Shown here: piece after piece, positions 17,818-26,818 of the stretch
How the letters are laid out: each line of letters starts with the position of its first letter
Numbering within the stretch: position 1 is the stretch's first letter
Origin: an uncultured Victivallales bacterium
GTDB lineage: Bacteria; Verrucomicrobiota; Lentisphaeria; Oligosphaerales; CAZSBQ01
Length of the DNA stretch: 59,999 nt
Direction: 5' to 3'
NCBI GenBank assembly: GCA_964604795.1
Contig: CAZSBQ010000001.1
Span: forward strand, 1-59,999
Made by a program: the position numbers and the translations under genes
The notes under the pieces: model-generated
Seen by the model: only the letters and a program-made list of their open reading frames with translations
Databases searched by the model: none
What the model was told of the DNA's origin: nothing

Positions 17818-20800
17818 ATGCCGAGCGCCAAACCGTCGAAAACCCAATCTTCCTCGCGTCGGAGCAGCGGCGGTCACCGCAAGGGGCGGCGGTCGCGCGG
17901 CAGCCGCCGTCGACGCAGGCGCATGCTTCTGATTGTCGCGGCATGCGCCGTGATCGGCGGCGTTTTGCTTGCCGGAGTCGGTTTTTTCGTCGTCCGCAAG
18001 GTGCTGCGGAATCCGCAACGGTACGAGCGTCTGAGCCACGAACTGTTGAACGAAGGGCGCTTGGACGATGCCGTGCAGCAGTTTCGCCGCGGTCTGGCCT
18101 ATGCCCGCAACGAACGCCAACGGGTAGCGATGCTCACGTCGATGGCGGACCGGATCGAAGCCACGGTGGTGCCGGTCGAGGAAGCGGCCGAGCGTTGGTT
18201 TGCCGCCGCGGGACTGCGGGTGACCGCCGCTCGGCAGACGCCGGAAGCGGCCGGCGAGCTGCCGGTCGAGAAGTGGTACTGGTACGCGCGGCTCAGCCAT
18301 CATCCGAGGATGTGGCAACTGTGCCATCGCGGTATTCGCGCCCGTGTTCACCAGGGAGTCGCTCGTCCGGGCGATGAATTTCGCGAAGCAGTGTGCCGCA
18401 TCGAATTGTCGCTTCTGGGCGGGGGCAAGCCGCCGAACGGCTGGCAGGCGGCGCGCGAGGCGCTCGGCGATCCACGCGGAACGCGCCGGAAGGAGGTGTT
18501 GGCAATGCAAGCGCTCTGCGATGCGGCTCTCGCCAATGAGGTGGAACAATCGAACCCCCAACAGGGAAGAATGCTGCGCCGGCAGGCCGTTGCAACCGCG
18601 CATGACCTTCTCCAGGCGCCCGAAAACGATGGGCTGCTGACGCGCACCGTCGCCTTGCGGACATTGCAGACGCTGCATGGCCCCAAAACCTGGCAGCTGC
18701 TGAGTTCCGATCCGGGTGTCGACTATATTTTTCAGTTGTTGGAGCAGCCACCGCCGTTGAACGAGCGGAGTCGCCGGCTCGAGGAAGCCGCCGTCATACG
18801 ATATCTGCTGCGCTGCTTCACGCCGCCGCCCGGAGTTGAGCGAAATCAAGAGACTGAAGAGCGAATGAGTCAATTGCGCGAGCGCGCTCAGTCCCTGGTC
18901 GAGGCTGAACCCGAGTCTGCGCTGGTGCGCGCCGCCCTTGCGGAGTCCGCAACCGCACAGGGGCAACTCGAAGAGGCGGATTCGCACTTCGCCCGGATGC
19001 TGGAACGCGAGACGCTTGAAGCCCACGTGGAGTCGGTGTTTCTGGCGTTGCTCAGGCGACAAGCGCTGACTGAACGGGTGATCGCGGCCATGGACCAATT
19101 GGACGGGGAGAAGCCTGAGCATCGGCAGAAGAACTTGACACTTCTGCGAGCGCGGGTCAAGGAGGCGAAAGCCGGTCTGAACGAGAAGGCGCCTGCTCGG
19201 CGCCTGCTCGGGCATTGGTTGGCATTTTACGAGGGGAGGCCTGTGCAGTGCCTCGCTCGCATCCTGCAGGACCGAATGACGCTTTCCCCGCAGCTGATGA
19301 ACCGAAACCAACTTGTGCTGGCCCGCGCGCTGACAGCTGTCGACGAGTGGGGCGGAGCGGCGGAACTGCTGCATCGAATCCACAGAACGAATGGTCGAGG
19401 GTTGACGACGGGCGCCTATTGGAGCGCTGAACAATTGCGTGCCGAAGCGTTGCTGCAGCTGAGGCGCCCCGAGGAAGCGCTTGAGGCGTTGAACCGCTTG
19501 AGTGAGCAGTTCAGCGATGAATCACCGGCGACCGAGCATTGGCTCGCTGCGGCCAGAGCCCGTGTCCGCGCCGCGGACTCCACCGAAAAACTGGCCGATG
19601 CGGCAAGCGGCATCAAAGAAAAAATCCAACAGCTTCCCGCGGAGGACCGCACGGAAGCGGTCCTGCTTCTTTGCGAAGTCCGCGACAGAATGGGCCACCG
19701 GGAACAGGGACACGCTGATCTGGAGCAATTCCGGATGCGGACGCCGGGCACCGGACGTGTCGGAGCTACGCTTCTGCGGCGCTTGACTCAGGATGGAGAA
19801 ACCGAGCGAGCCAAACGCTTGGCCGAGGACCTGCTTGCGGTTTTGCCCGATGGGGCGATCAAAGCCGAGTTGAGCGAAAGGCAAGACGATGCCTCGTGGA
19901 ATCCGGAGCACCTTGCTCTGCTTGCGTCCGCGCTCGGGGAACCGCAGCAAAAAACCGCGGTTTGGCTTCGATATTTGGCCGAACGCAAGCGCTGGAGCGA
20001 TTTCGGCACGGCGTTGGACACGGCTCTAAACGGAAGGGATGAGGCTGAAGCCCCCGGATTGTTGTTTCTTGAAGCTGTGAGCCGAAGCGAACAAGCGAAG
20101 GCGCTGACAATCCTGGCCGACCAACTCGAACGCAGGGAGCACTGGCACTGGTTGGCGACGCTTGCGCGCGCCCGACAAAACCTCCTGAGCGAACAACCCC
20201 AAAGGGCCTTTGAGCTGGTGGAATCTCTGACCGCGAAATGGGGCTTCCTCTCCGCAGTGGCGAAGACGCGGGGGGCCGCCGCCATGGCATTGAATCGATA
20301 TGATGATGCGCGCGAAAGTCTTCGGGTGGTTACGCATTCCAATCCCGGCGATGTGGCCGCCCATCTTGCCCTGGCCCGCTGCGATCACCAGCTGAGTCGG
20401 CATGCGGACGCACTGAACAGCCTGGGCAAAGCCTGGCGATGGAGTCGGGATGCCGGTGTGCGCGAACGGTTTCTGAACTACGCGGCACGGTACGGGGATG
20501 CCCGGCGCGTGATTGCGGTCCGCAAGCAGATCGCCAACCTCGAACCGGAAAACCTCCAAAACCGAGTGCTCCTGGCCGACTTGCTCTACACCAATGAAAA
20601 CGAAAATGAAGCGCGCACGTTGGCGAATGAGCTGCGGCGGGAAGGTGTGGAATCGCTGCGGCTGGCGCACCTGCTGGCCCGTATGCACTTGGGTGCGGAT
20701 GAACGCGAACATGCTATTACGCTTCTGCGCGATGCATGCCGAAAGCATTTGGCGGAAAACAAGAAGAATGCCGGCCCCTTATTCTCCGTACTCTCGCTTT

Positions 20801-22494
20801 TGCGACGGATGGGAGAAGCGGAGTTCTCCAATTCGCTGATCGAATCTCGACTGCAATCACTGTCCGGTGACGAGCGCGAACCCTGGGTTCGAGCACGAGC
20901 GTTGCTTTTGTATCGCGAGGGCGACTTTGCCGGAACGCTCGATGTCCTCCAGGCGGAAAATCCCGAAGTGCAAAGCCCGGGCACAGTGGCGCTTCAGGTG
21001 CGTTGCCTCACTAAAATGAACCGCTTGGAGGAGGCCGAACGAAAATTGACCTCAATCCCCTCGGAGGTCGAGGATCCGGAAATTGAACTGGCGGAAGCCG
21101 AACTGGCCGCGGCAAAACACCAGTGGGGGCGCGCACGCCGAATCTGCGGCATCTTGCTGAACCGGAACCCCGAGCGCCTGCAGGCGCGGATCATTCGCAT
21201 GCAGGCCGCCCTTGCCGGCAACCTCAAGGATGCCGAGGAAGTCCTGAGTCAGGACATGAAAGCTGTCGCTCGACTGCGACCGGACCATCCAGTGCTCTAC
21301 CGGATATTGACCATTCAAGCTCTTGAAAAGGGGAATGTGCAGGGCGCTGCCGAGGCGGCAAATCGGCTCTTGGAGCAGGATGCCGCAGACCCGAAACTGC
21401 TTGCCGCAGTGGGCGAAGCGTGGCGACGACAGTCCCAGTTCGATGAGCTGAAGAACGCCCTCGACAGCTGGCTTGACCGGTTTCCGGACAGTCCCGAACT
21501 CCTGATTCTGCAGGCCGCCGCCCATGCCCATGCGGAGGACGCGGTGGAGCGCATGAACACGCTGAAGCGCGCATACGAGCAAGCCCCCACCCCCGAAATT
21601 GCCCGCCACTACGCCCTGGCTTTACTGGAAAACAGCCGGTGGGACCGTGCGCACGCTCTCTTCGAAAACGCACCATTCACAGTGAAAAACAACGCCCGGC
21701 TACTGCTGCTCCGCAGCTGGAGTCGTGCTCGGGCGGGTGAGCCGAAGAAAGCTGCCGGCGACGCCCTGAACGCTATGCTTCACCGTGCCGACCAGCCCGA
21801 TGCCCTAAAGGCCATGGTCGCCGAAGCCTCCAACTTTCTCGGCAATGACACGCTGCAACGCGCGCTGGCGAAGCAGATGGAAATCGGGGACCCCAAAAAG
21901 GCGTGCGCATTCGCCCTGCATCATATTCGCCTGAAAACTCCCGACTTCCCGGCGGTAGCCGAAGCTGAAGCCTTTGCCGACAAGCTGCCCGAAGGACATC
22001 CCCTGCATCAGGCGACTCTAAGCATGATCGCCGACGGATGGCTGCGCATCAAGCATTCGGAAAAAGCGCTGCCGATCTACAAGGCGCTGCTTGAAAACGA
22101 CACGAGCTCCGCCCACACGCTCAACAATGCCGCGTACGCCGCCGCTCAACTGGAAACCGATCTGCCCAAAGCGGTCAAATGGGCTCAATCCGCCGTTGAC
22201 GCAGTGGCCGACAGCCCCCTCCGCCGGGCAAATTACCTCGACACCCTCGGACAAGCGCAGTGGAAAAATGGCCAAACTCAAGATGCCGAGCAATCCTTCC
22301 TCAGGAGCATTCGCTACAGCAAAAACGCTGAAGTGCGTCTTTCCCTAGCCCGCCTGCTGGCTGATCAGGGCCAGTTTGAAGAAGCGGAGAAGCACCTTTC
22401 ACTGGCGGAAAAAATGGCCCGCAACTCGGAAAACACCGAGTTGCTACAAGCCGCCGCCTCGCTGCGCACGGCGCATCTGCCGCTCTCCCGCTAA
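17818..22494 (+). CDS. 1558-aa membrane-anchored TPR/helical-repeat protein with polybasic N-terminus
   Basis: The N-terminus SSSRRSSGGHRKGRRSRGSRRRRRRM is followed by the TM helix LLIVAACAVIGGVLLAGVGFFVV. The rest is Ala/Leu/Arg/Glu-rich with TPR-like periodicity throughout. Confidence 0.8.
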   Translation: MPSAKPSKTQSSSRRSSGGHRKGRRSRGSRRRRRRMLLIVAACAVIGGVLLAGVGFFVVRKVLRNPQRYERLSHELLNEGRLDDAVQQFRRGLAYARNERQRVAMLTSMADRIEATVVPVEEAAERWFAAAGLRVTAARQTPEAAGELPVEKWYWYARLSHHPRMWQLCHRGIRARVHQGVARPGDEFREAVCRIELSLLGGGKPPNGWQAAREALGDPRGTRRKEVLAMQALCDAALANEVEQSNPQQGRMLRRQAVATAHDLLQAPENDGLLTRTVALRTLQTLHGPKTWQLLSSDPGVDYIFQLLEQPPPLNERSRRLEEAAVIRYLLRCFTPPPGVERNQETEERMSQLRERAQSLVEAEPESALVRAALAESATAQGQLEEADSHFARMLERETLEAHVESVFLALLRRQALTERVIAAMDQLDGEKPEHRQKNLTLLRARVKEAKAGLNEKAPARRLLGHWLAFYEGRPVQCLARILQDRMTLSPQLMNRNQLVLARALTAVDEWGGAAELLHRIHRTNGRGLTTGAYWSAEQLRAEALLQLRRPEEALEALNRLSEQFSDESPATEHWLAAARARVRAADSTEKLADAASGIKEKIQQLPAEDRTEAVLLLCEVRDRMGHREQGHADLEQFRMRTPGTGRVGATLLRRLTQDGETERAKRLAEDLLAVLPDGAIKAELSERQDDASWNPEHLALLASALGEPQQKTAVWLRYLAERKRWSDFGTALDTALNGRDEAEAPGLLFLEAVSRSEQAKALTILADQLERREHWHWLATLARARQNLLSEQPQRAFELVESLTAKWGFLSAVAKTRGAAAMALNRYDDARESLRVVTHSNPGDVAAHLALARCDHQLSRHADALNSLGKAWRWSRDAGVRERFLNYAARYGDARRVIAVRKQIANLEPENLQNRVLLADLLYTNENENEARTLANELRREGVESLRLAHLLARMHLGADEREHAITLLRDACRKHLAENKKNAGPLFSVLSLLRRMGEAEFSNSLIESRLQSLSGDEREPWVRARALLLYREGDFAGTLDVLQAENPEVQSPGTVALQVRCLTKMNRLEEAERKLTSIPSEVEDPEIELAEAELAAAKHQWGRARRICGILLNRNPERLQARIIRMQAALAGNLKDAEEVLSQDMKAVARLRPDHPVLYRILTIQALEKGNVQGAAEAANRLLEQDAADPKLLAAVGEAWRRQSQFDELKNALDSWLDRFPDSPELLILQAAAHAHAEDAVERMNTLKRAYEQAPTPEIARHYALALLENSRWDRAHALFENAPFTVKNNARLLLLRSWSRARAGEPKKAAGDALNAMLHRADQPDALKAMVAEASNFLGNDTLQRALAKQMEIGDPKKACAFALHHIRLKTPDFPAVAEAEAFADKLPEGHPLHQATLSMIADGWLRIKHSEKALPIYKALLENDTSSAHTLNNAAYAAAQLETDLPKAVKWAQSAVDAVADSPLRRANYLDTLGQAQWKNGQTQDAEQSFLRSIRYSKNAEVRLSLARLLADQGQFEEAEKHLSLAEKMARNSENTELLQAAASLRTAHLPLSR

Positions 22495-22587
22495 CCGCCG
22501 CCACTGCCGAAAAGAAATTAAGTACTGCGGTTTTCCCTGCTCATAGACCGGCCTGCTTCATTTATGCCTCATAGGCACAAAGTAAAG

Positions 22588-22643
22588 ACAGGCATCCCTG
22601 CCTGTTCGAGACCCGGGGCGAACGCCACAGGCAAGATGCCTGT
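22588..22643. repeat. pair of hairpins with identical stems (ACAGGCA/TGCCTGT)
   Basis: ACAGGCA-TCCC-TGCCTGT at 22588-22605 and ACAGGCA-AGA-TGCCTGT at 22627-22643. The 16-nt string GGCATCCCTGCCTGTT recurs inside the 29255-29400 element. Confidence 0.6.
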
Positions 22644-23120
22644 AGTACTGCCAGTTAGCACCACTGACCGATAGGACGGGCAAATCGGAGACGCGGACTG
22701 AAGCCCGCGGGTACCAGCCGGCACCACGGGTGACTCCATAGTACCACCGGCCTTTAGGCCGCGGGAACATACGGGCTCAAGCCCGTAGATGCTCTGCGTT
22801 CGGTTTCTTTCGGCTGCTGTCGTTGCCTTCGATAAATTCCGGCGCCTCTCTCCAGCAGTCCCCGCAAAACAAGTGCGGGCATCCCCGCCTGCAGGGCGAA
22901 CTCGACCCTAGCTTTTCTTCTCGGCATGCTTCTTGCCTTGCCTCAAAACTAACCCAATTCCAACACAATACTGACAGGAATCACACTGTTGCCGCCCCGC
23001 GATATAGTACGTCTGTACCGCAGTCCCCCCGTCCCGGCGGGGGTGCGGCTCGTCCGTCGGCAAAAAGCGGACCGGACAACTGCAGTGATTAACCAGTAGA
23101 AAAAGGAACAATCAAGGACC

Positions 23121-24287
23121 ATGAACAAAGTGAGAAAGTATTGTGCAATGGGTTTGTGCGGCAGTGTGCTGTGCGGGGGGCTTGCCGCCGCGCAGGATGC
23201 GGAAACCATCGACGACGCGTTCAAGATGGGGTCCTTGAAGGGAAAACTCGGCTTGTTTTATCAGCACGAGGAAGACGGCGGCGTCGATGACACTAAGCTG
23301 GTCAACGGTTTCATTGAGTTGTCCTACAAGACCGGCTACTGGAACGGACTGCAGTTGAACACCAAACTGCTCCACAATCTGGAGGCGTGGGATGACGACG
23401 ACGCCAACGACACTCATCCCGAGTACTATGGCGATGGGCTCGACGGGGCGGTCAAAGAGTTCCATGTCAAGTACAAGTTCATGAATTCCTGGGCAAAGGT
23501 CGGACGGCACAAGACAGCCAAGACTCCGCTTATGGACGGCGACTCTCATGAGGGCCTGACCCTCGGCGTCGGCGAATGGGAAGATGCAGGCGTCAGCGTC
23601 TCCGCGGCAGTCCTGAACCGCTGGATCAACGATCTGGCCTGGGACGACGGTGTGGACGAGTGGGAGGATATCAACGAGCCGGGCGGCGCCTTCGCGGACG
23701 GCGCCTCACTGCTCTACTTGCTGCAGGCCGATGTGGATGTCGCTCCCGGAGTCCTGAGTGTGAATCCCTACCTGATGCATCAATCCGATGCGGCCACGGT
23801 CGTCGGCATCCAGGGCATCGCCCGTCATGAGCTGGAAGAAGGTTCGGTCCACGGGACGCTGGACTACTACAAGATATGGAACAAACTGGACGGCGCGAAC
23901 CAGGCGGATTCCCAGGCTTGGAAAGCCTATCTCGGCGGCGAGATGGCAGGGCTCTCCGCCGGCGCCGGATATCTTCACTACAGTGATATTGATCCCGGCG
24001 AAAGCCAATTGGCAAGCGAAGAGTGGCTCGATGACCTCAAGGGATTCGAGGAGGGAGGCATGAAGGGCGACAACGCCAATGTCTGGTGGCTCGACCTGGG
24101 ACACAAATGGGATGCGTTCAAGGGTAGCCTTCAGTACGGCGAAAAGCAGGAGGACAACAAAGACGACTATGAGGAGTGGAGCGTCAAACTCGGGTACGAC
24201 ATCGGCAAAAACCTGGCGGCCAATTTCCTGTACGTGGATATGGATGGCGACGATTTGATCCAAATCTCCACCATCTACAAGTTCTAG
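23121..24287 (+). CDS. outer-membrane beta-barrel porin (family uncertain)
   Basis: Signal peptide MNKVRKYCAMGLCGSVLCGGLAAAQD. Alternating amphipathic beta-strand pattern. C-terminal IQISTIYKF ends in the Phe typical of OM barrels. Located directly upstream of pstS. Confidence 0.6.
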   Translation: MNKVRKYCAMGLCGSVLCGGLAAAQDAETIDDAFKMGSLKGKLGLFYQHEEDGGVDDTKLVNGFIELSYKTGYWNGLQLNTKLLHNLEAWDDDDANDTHPEYYGDGLDGAVKEFHVKYKFMNSWAKVGRHKTAKTPLMDGDSHEGLTLGVGEWEDAGVSVSAAVLNRWINDLAWDDGVDEWEDINEPGGAFADGASLLYLLQADVDVAPGVLSVNPYLMHQSDAATVVGIQGIARHELEEGSVHGTLDYYKIWNKLDGANQADSQAWKAYLGGEMAGLSAGAGYLHYSDIDPGESQLASEEWLDDLKGFEEGGMKGDNANVWWLDLGHKWDAFKGSLQYGEKQEDNKDDYEEWSVKLGYDIGKNLAANFLYVDMDGDDLIQISTIYKF

Positions 24288-24683
24288 CCGGAATTGCACG
24301 ATTTGGACTTGAGTCGGAGCGTATTCGGCAAAGGGAGCTGCATGTTCATCCCCCTGCCTTTTGCCTGACTTCGAGGACAAACCGCAGCTGCGCCCGAGCG
24401 GTCTAACGGAATTCTAACAGACGCGCGACAACTTACGAAAGAATGTGATATATACTGCGTTCGTGTCAGGAGCTGGAACACGGTTGACGAAAGCAGGCAT
24501 CCGACGACTTGAACCCAGGAGCAGGAACGCGTGGCCTTGGGATTCCCCGAAGCGCGAAACCACCAACAAAGGAGGTCCATCCCACTAGAGTCAACAGCCA
24601 AAAACAACCGAATCCAGAAACACTGCCCAACAACCCGAAAAACGAATCAGCATCAGCAACAAAAACAGCTAAGGAGAGAAGAA

Positions 24684-25523
24684 ATGTTGAGACTTATCAC
24701 CAAACTCCCCCTCGTTTTGGCCGTGATGGCCGGTTTCATCGCCCAAGGCCAAGCCCAAGCCCAACAGGATAGCATTGTCCTGGACGGTTCGACCACGGTC
24801 GGCCCCATCGCCAAGGCCTTTGCGGAATACTACATGAAACACAACCCCGACGTCAACGTAACCGTCGGCGAATCCGGCAGCGGCAACGGGGCCAAAAGCC
24901 TCATCAACGGCACTGCCGACGTCGGCTGCATGTCCCGCTTCATGAAAGACGGCGAATTCAAAGCCGCCATCGATGCGGGCAGAACGCCTGTCGCGCATGC
25001 CGTCGCCCTGGACGGTCTGCCGATCCTGGTTCACCCGTCCAATCCGGCCAAGGACCTTACGCTGGATCAAGTTCGGGACATCTACACGGGCAAGATCACC
25101 AACTGGAAACAACTCGGCGGCCCGGACAAGACGATCATCTCGATCAGTCGCGACACCAACAGCGGCACCTACGAGACGTTCAAAAAGCTGGTCATGCGCA
25201 ACGCCAAGATCGGCGAAGGCACAGAGTACGTGGGCAGCAACGGGGCCGTCCGCCAACGCGTGCAGTCCACCCCGGCCGCCATCGGTTATGCCGGACTCGG
25301 CTTCGTGGACGAAACCGTGAAGGCGCTCAAGATCAACGGTATCGCTCCTTCACCCGCCACAGTGAAGACCGGCGAGTACCCGATCGCCCGGCCGCTTTAC
25401 ATGTTCACCAACGGCTATCCCAAGCTGGGCAGCCATCTGTACAAGTTCACGACGCTCCACCTCAGTGAAGACGGTTTCTACATGATTGAGGAAATCGGCT
25501 TCATCCCTGTGACGGCCTACTAA
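24684..25523 (+). CDS. pstS: phosphate ABC transporter substrate-binding protein PstS
   Basis: AAGGAG 24671-24676 lies before ATG 24684, inside the longer ORF 24531-25523. Signal peptide. Motifs DGSTTVGP and GESGSGNG are typical of the PstS family. Followed by pstCAB. Confidence 0.9.
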   Translation: MLRLITKLPLVLAVMAGFIAQGQAQAQQDSIVLDGSTTVGPIAKAFAEYYMKHNPDVNVTVGESGSGNGAKSLINGTADVGCMSRFMKDGEFKAAIDAGRTPVAHAVALDGLPILVHPSNPAKDLTLDQVRDIYTGKITNWKQLGGPDKTIISISRDTNSGTYETFKKLVMRNAKIGEGTEYVGSNGAVRQRVQSTPAAIGYAGLGFVDETVKALKINGIAPSPATVKTGEYPIARPLYMFTNGYPKLGSHLYKFTTLHLSEDGFYMIEEIGFIPVTAY

Positions 25524-25630
25524 AAAACCGGGGGTGGAAAAACACCAGCCGCGGCTGCCGGACAACGCCGCCGCGGTTCTCCACTACTTCCGGGACAGCA
25601 CCAAAAACGTCTGAAAACGAGCCAACACCC

Positions 25631-26809
25631 ATGCCCTCGCCGAACCAAGCCGCAGCCCCCAGTCGAAGCCTGCTGATGAGCGCGAGCGCCAGTCGCTGGC
25701 GACGAGCCTCGGAATACCTCGGCCGGTCATTTCTCTTCACCATCACATCGCTTTCATCCATCGCCGTTCTTTTCATTTTCATTTTCATCGCCAAAGATGC
25801 CGTCCCCTTCTTCTTCAACATTGACGGCAGCGGCCTGAACCTGAGCAACATCAAGCAGTTTTTCACGCAAACCGCCTGGTACCCCTCCGCGACGCCCGGC
25901 AGCTTCGGCGCCGTCAGTTTGTTTTACGGCACCGCCATGGTGACGGTTGGGGCCATCATTGTCGCGGTTCCTCTCGGAGTCGTCGCCGCAGTCTGCCTCA
26001 GCGACATCCTGCCGTTCAAAGCCCGCCAGGTCGCCAAACCCATCATTGAAATCCTCGCCGCCATCCCCTCGGTTGCCTACGGATTCTTCGCCTTGGTCGT
26101 ATTTGCTCCGCTGTTGCAGGAACGCGGAGGACACCTGCTCTCGGCCGGATTCTGGATCATCACAACCCCCATTTTTGCACTTGCGGTGCTGATCGCGGGC
26201 GACACCGTGGCGGAGAAATCGCCCGAACACCGACAGGATCGGACCAGAAACACCGCTTGGCTTCTCCTCGGCGCAGGCGCCTTGGCCGTTCTATACTCGG
26301 GAGGACAAGTCATCGCGGGACTGGAGGTGAGCAGCGGCGCCAACGCCTTCAATGTATCCATCATCCTGGGTTTGATGGCGCTGCCCACCATCGTCAGTGT
26401 CTCGGAGGACGCGCTGCAAGCCACCGGTCGCGAACTGCGCGAGGGGAGCTACGCGCTCGGCGCCACCCGTGCTGAAACCATCGTCAAAACCATCATCCCG
26501 GCTGCGGTAAGCGGCATCATGGCGGCCATCATACTCGGCATCATGCGCGCAGTCGGCGAGACCATGGTTGTCTGGATGGCGTCCGGAAACGCCGCGCAGG
26601 TGCCCGAGCCCTTCTACAACTTTATGGCGCCGGTGCGCACGCTGACCGCCACCATCGCCGGCGACATGGGCGAAGCCGACCACGTCACCGGTTCGGACCG
26701 CTATCATGTCCTCTTTGCCCTGGCCATCTGCCTGTTGACTTTTTCATTCATCATGAACCTCGTCAGCGAGCACATCGTGCGCCGCTCGCGCAAAAAACTG
26801 GGAAACTAA
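25631..26809 (+). CDS. pstC: phosphate ABC transporter permease PstC
   Basis: Multi-TM permease with a conserved EAA-like loop region (SEDALQATGRELREGSYALGATRAETI). Position between pstS and pstA. An alternative start is ATG 25676. Confidence 0.9.
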   Translation: MPSPNQAAAPSRSLLMSASASRWRRASEYLGRSFLFTITSLSSIAVLFIFIFIAKDAVPFFFNIDGSGLNLSNIKQFFTQTAWYPSATPGSFGAVSLFYGTAMVTVGAIIVAVPLGVVAAVCLSDILPFKARQVAKPIIEILAAIPSVAYGFFALVVFAPLLQERGGHLLSAGFWIITTPIFALAVLIAGDTVAEKSPEHRQDRTRNTAWLLLGAGALAVLYSGGQVIAGLEVSSGANAFNVSIILGLMALPTIVSVSEDALQATGRELREGSYALGATRAETIVKTIIPAAVSGIMAAIILGIMRAVGETMVVWMASGNAAQVPEPFYNFMAPVRTLTATIAGDMGEADHVTGSDRYHVLFALAICLLTFSFIMNLVSEHIVRRSRKKLGN

Positions 26810-26818
26810 CCCTGCACT

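Noticed and set aside
10157-19434. Minus-strand ORFs 10157-11626, 13760-14743, 16107-17633, 17695-19434
   Set aside because: These are shadow frames opposite the MotA/ExbB-like, TPR, cadherin-repeat and giant TPR genes. They have no motifs, no RBS and a biased composition.
22558-23224. Small minus-strand ORFs (70, 63, 67 and 91 aa) in the 22.5-23.1 kb gap
   Set aside because: They are composed largely of translated hairpin repeats (for example YYRHLACG and GRDACL come from the ACAGGCA/TGCCTGT stems). They have no RBS and no motif.
24443-24470. Possible Pho box (ATGTGATATATACTGCGTTCGTGTCAGG) upstream of pstS
   Set aside because: It resembles the CTGTCAT-4 nt-CTGTCAT direct repeats only loosely, and the spacing is off by 1-2 nt. 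The PhoB consensus for this lineage is unknown. I am not confident enough to call it.
24531-24683. Upstream extensions of annotated ORFs (24531 for pstS, 38332 for GT4, 44892 for GT2, 34038 for FHA-MoxR, 8960 for DUF3450, 34083 for the lipoprotein)
   Set aside because: The extensions overlap upstream genes or lack protein-like composition. Internal starts have Shine-Dalgarno sequences or begin recognisable signal peptides or domains.
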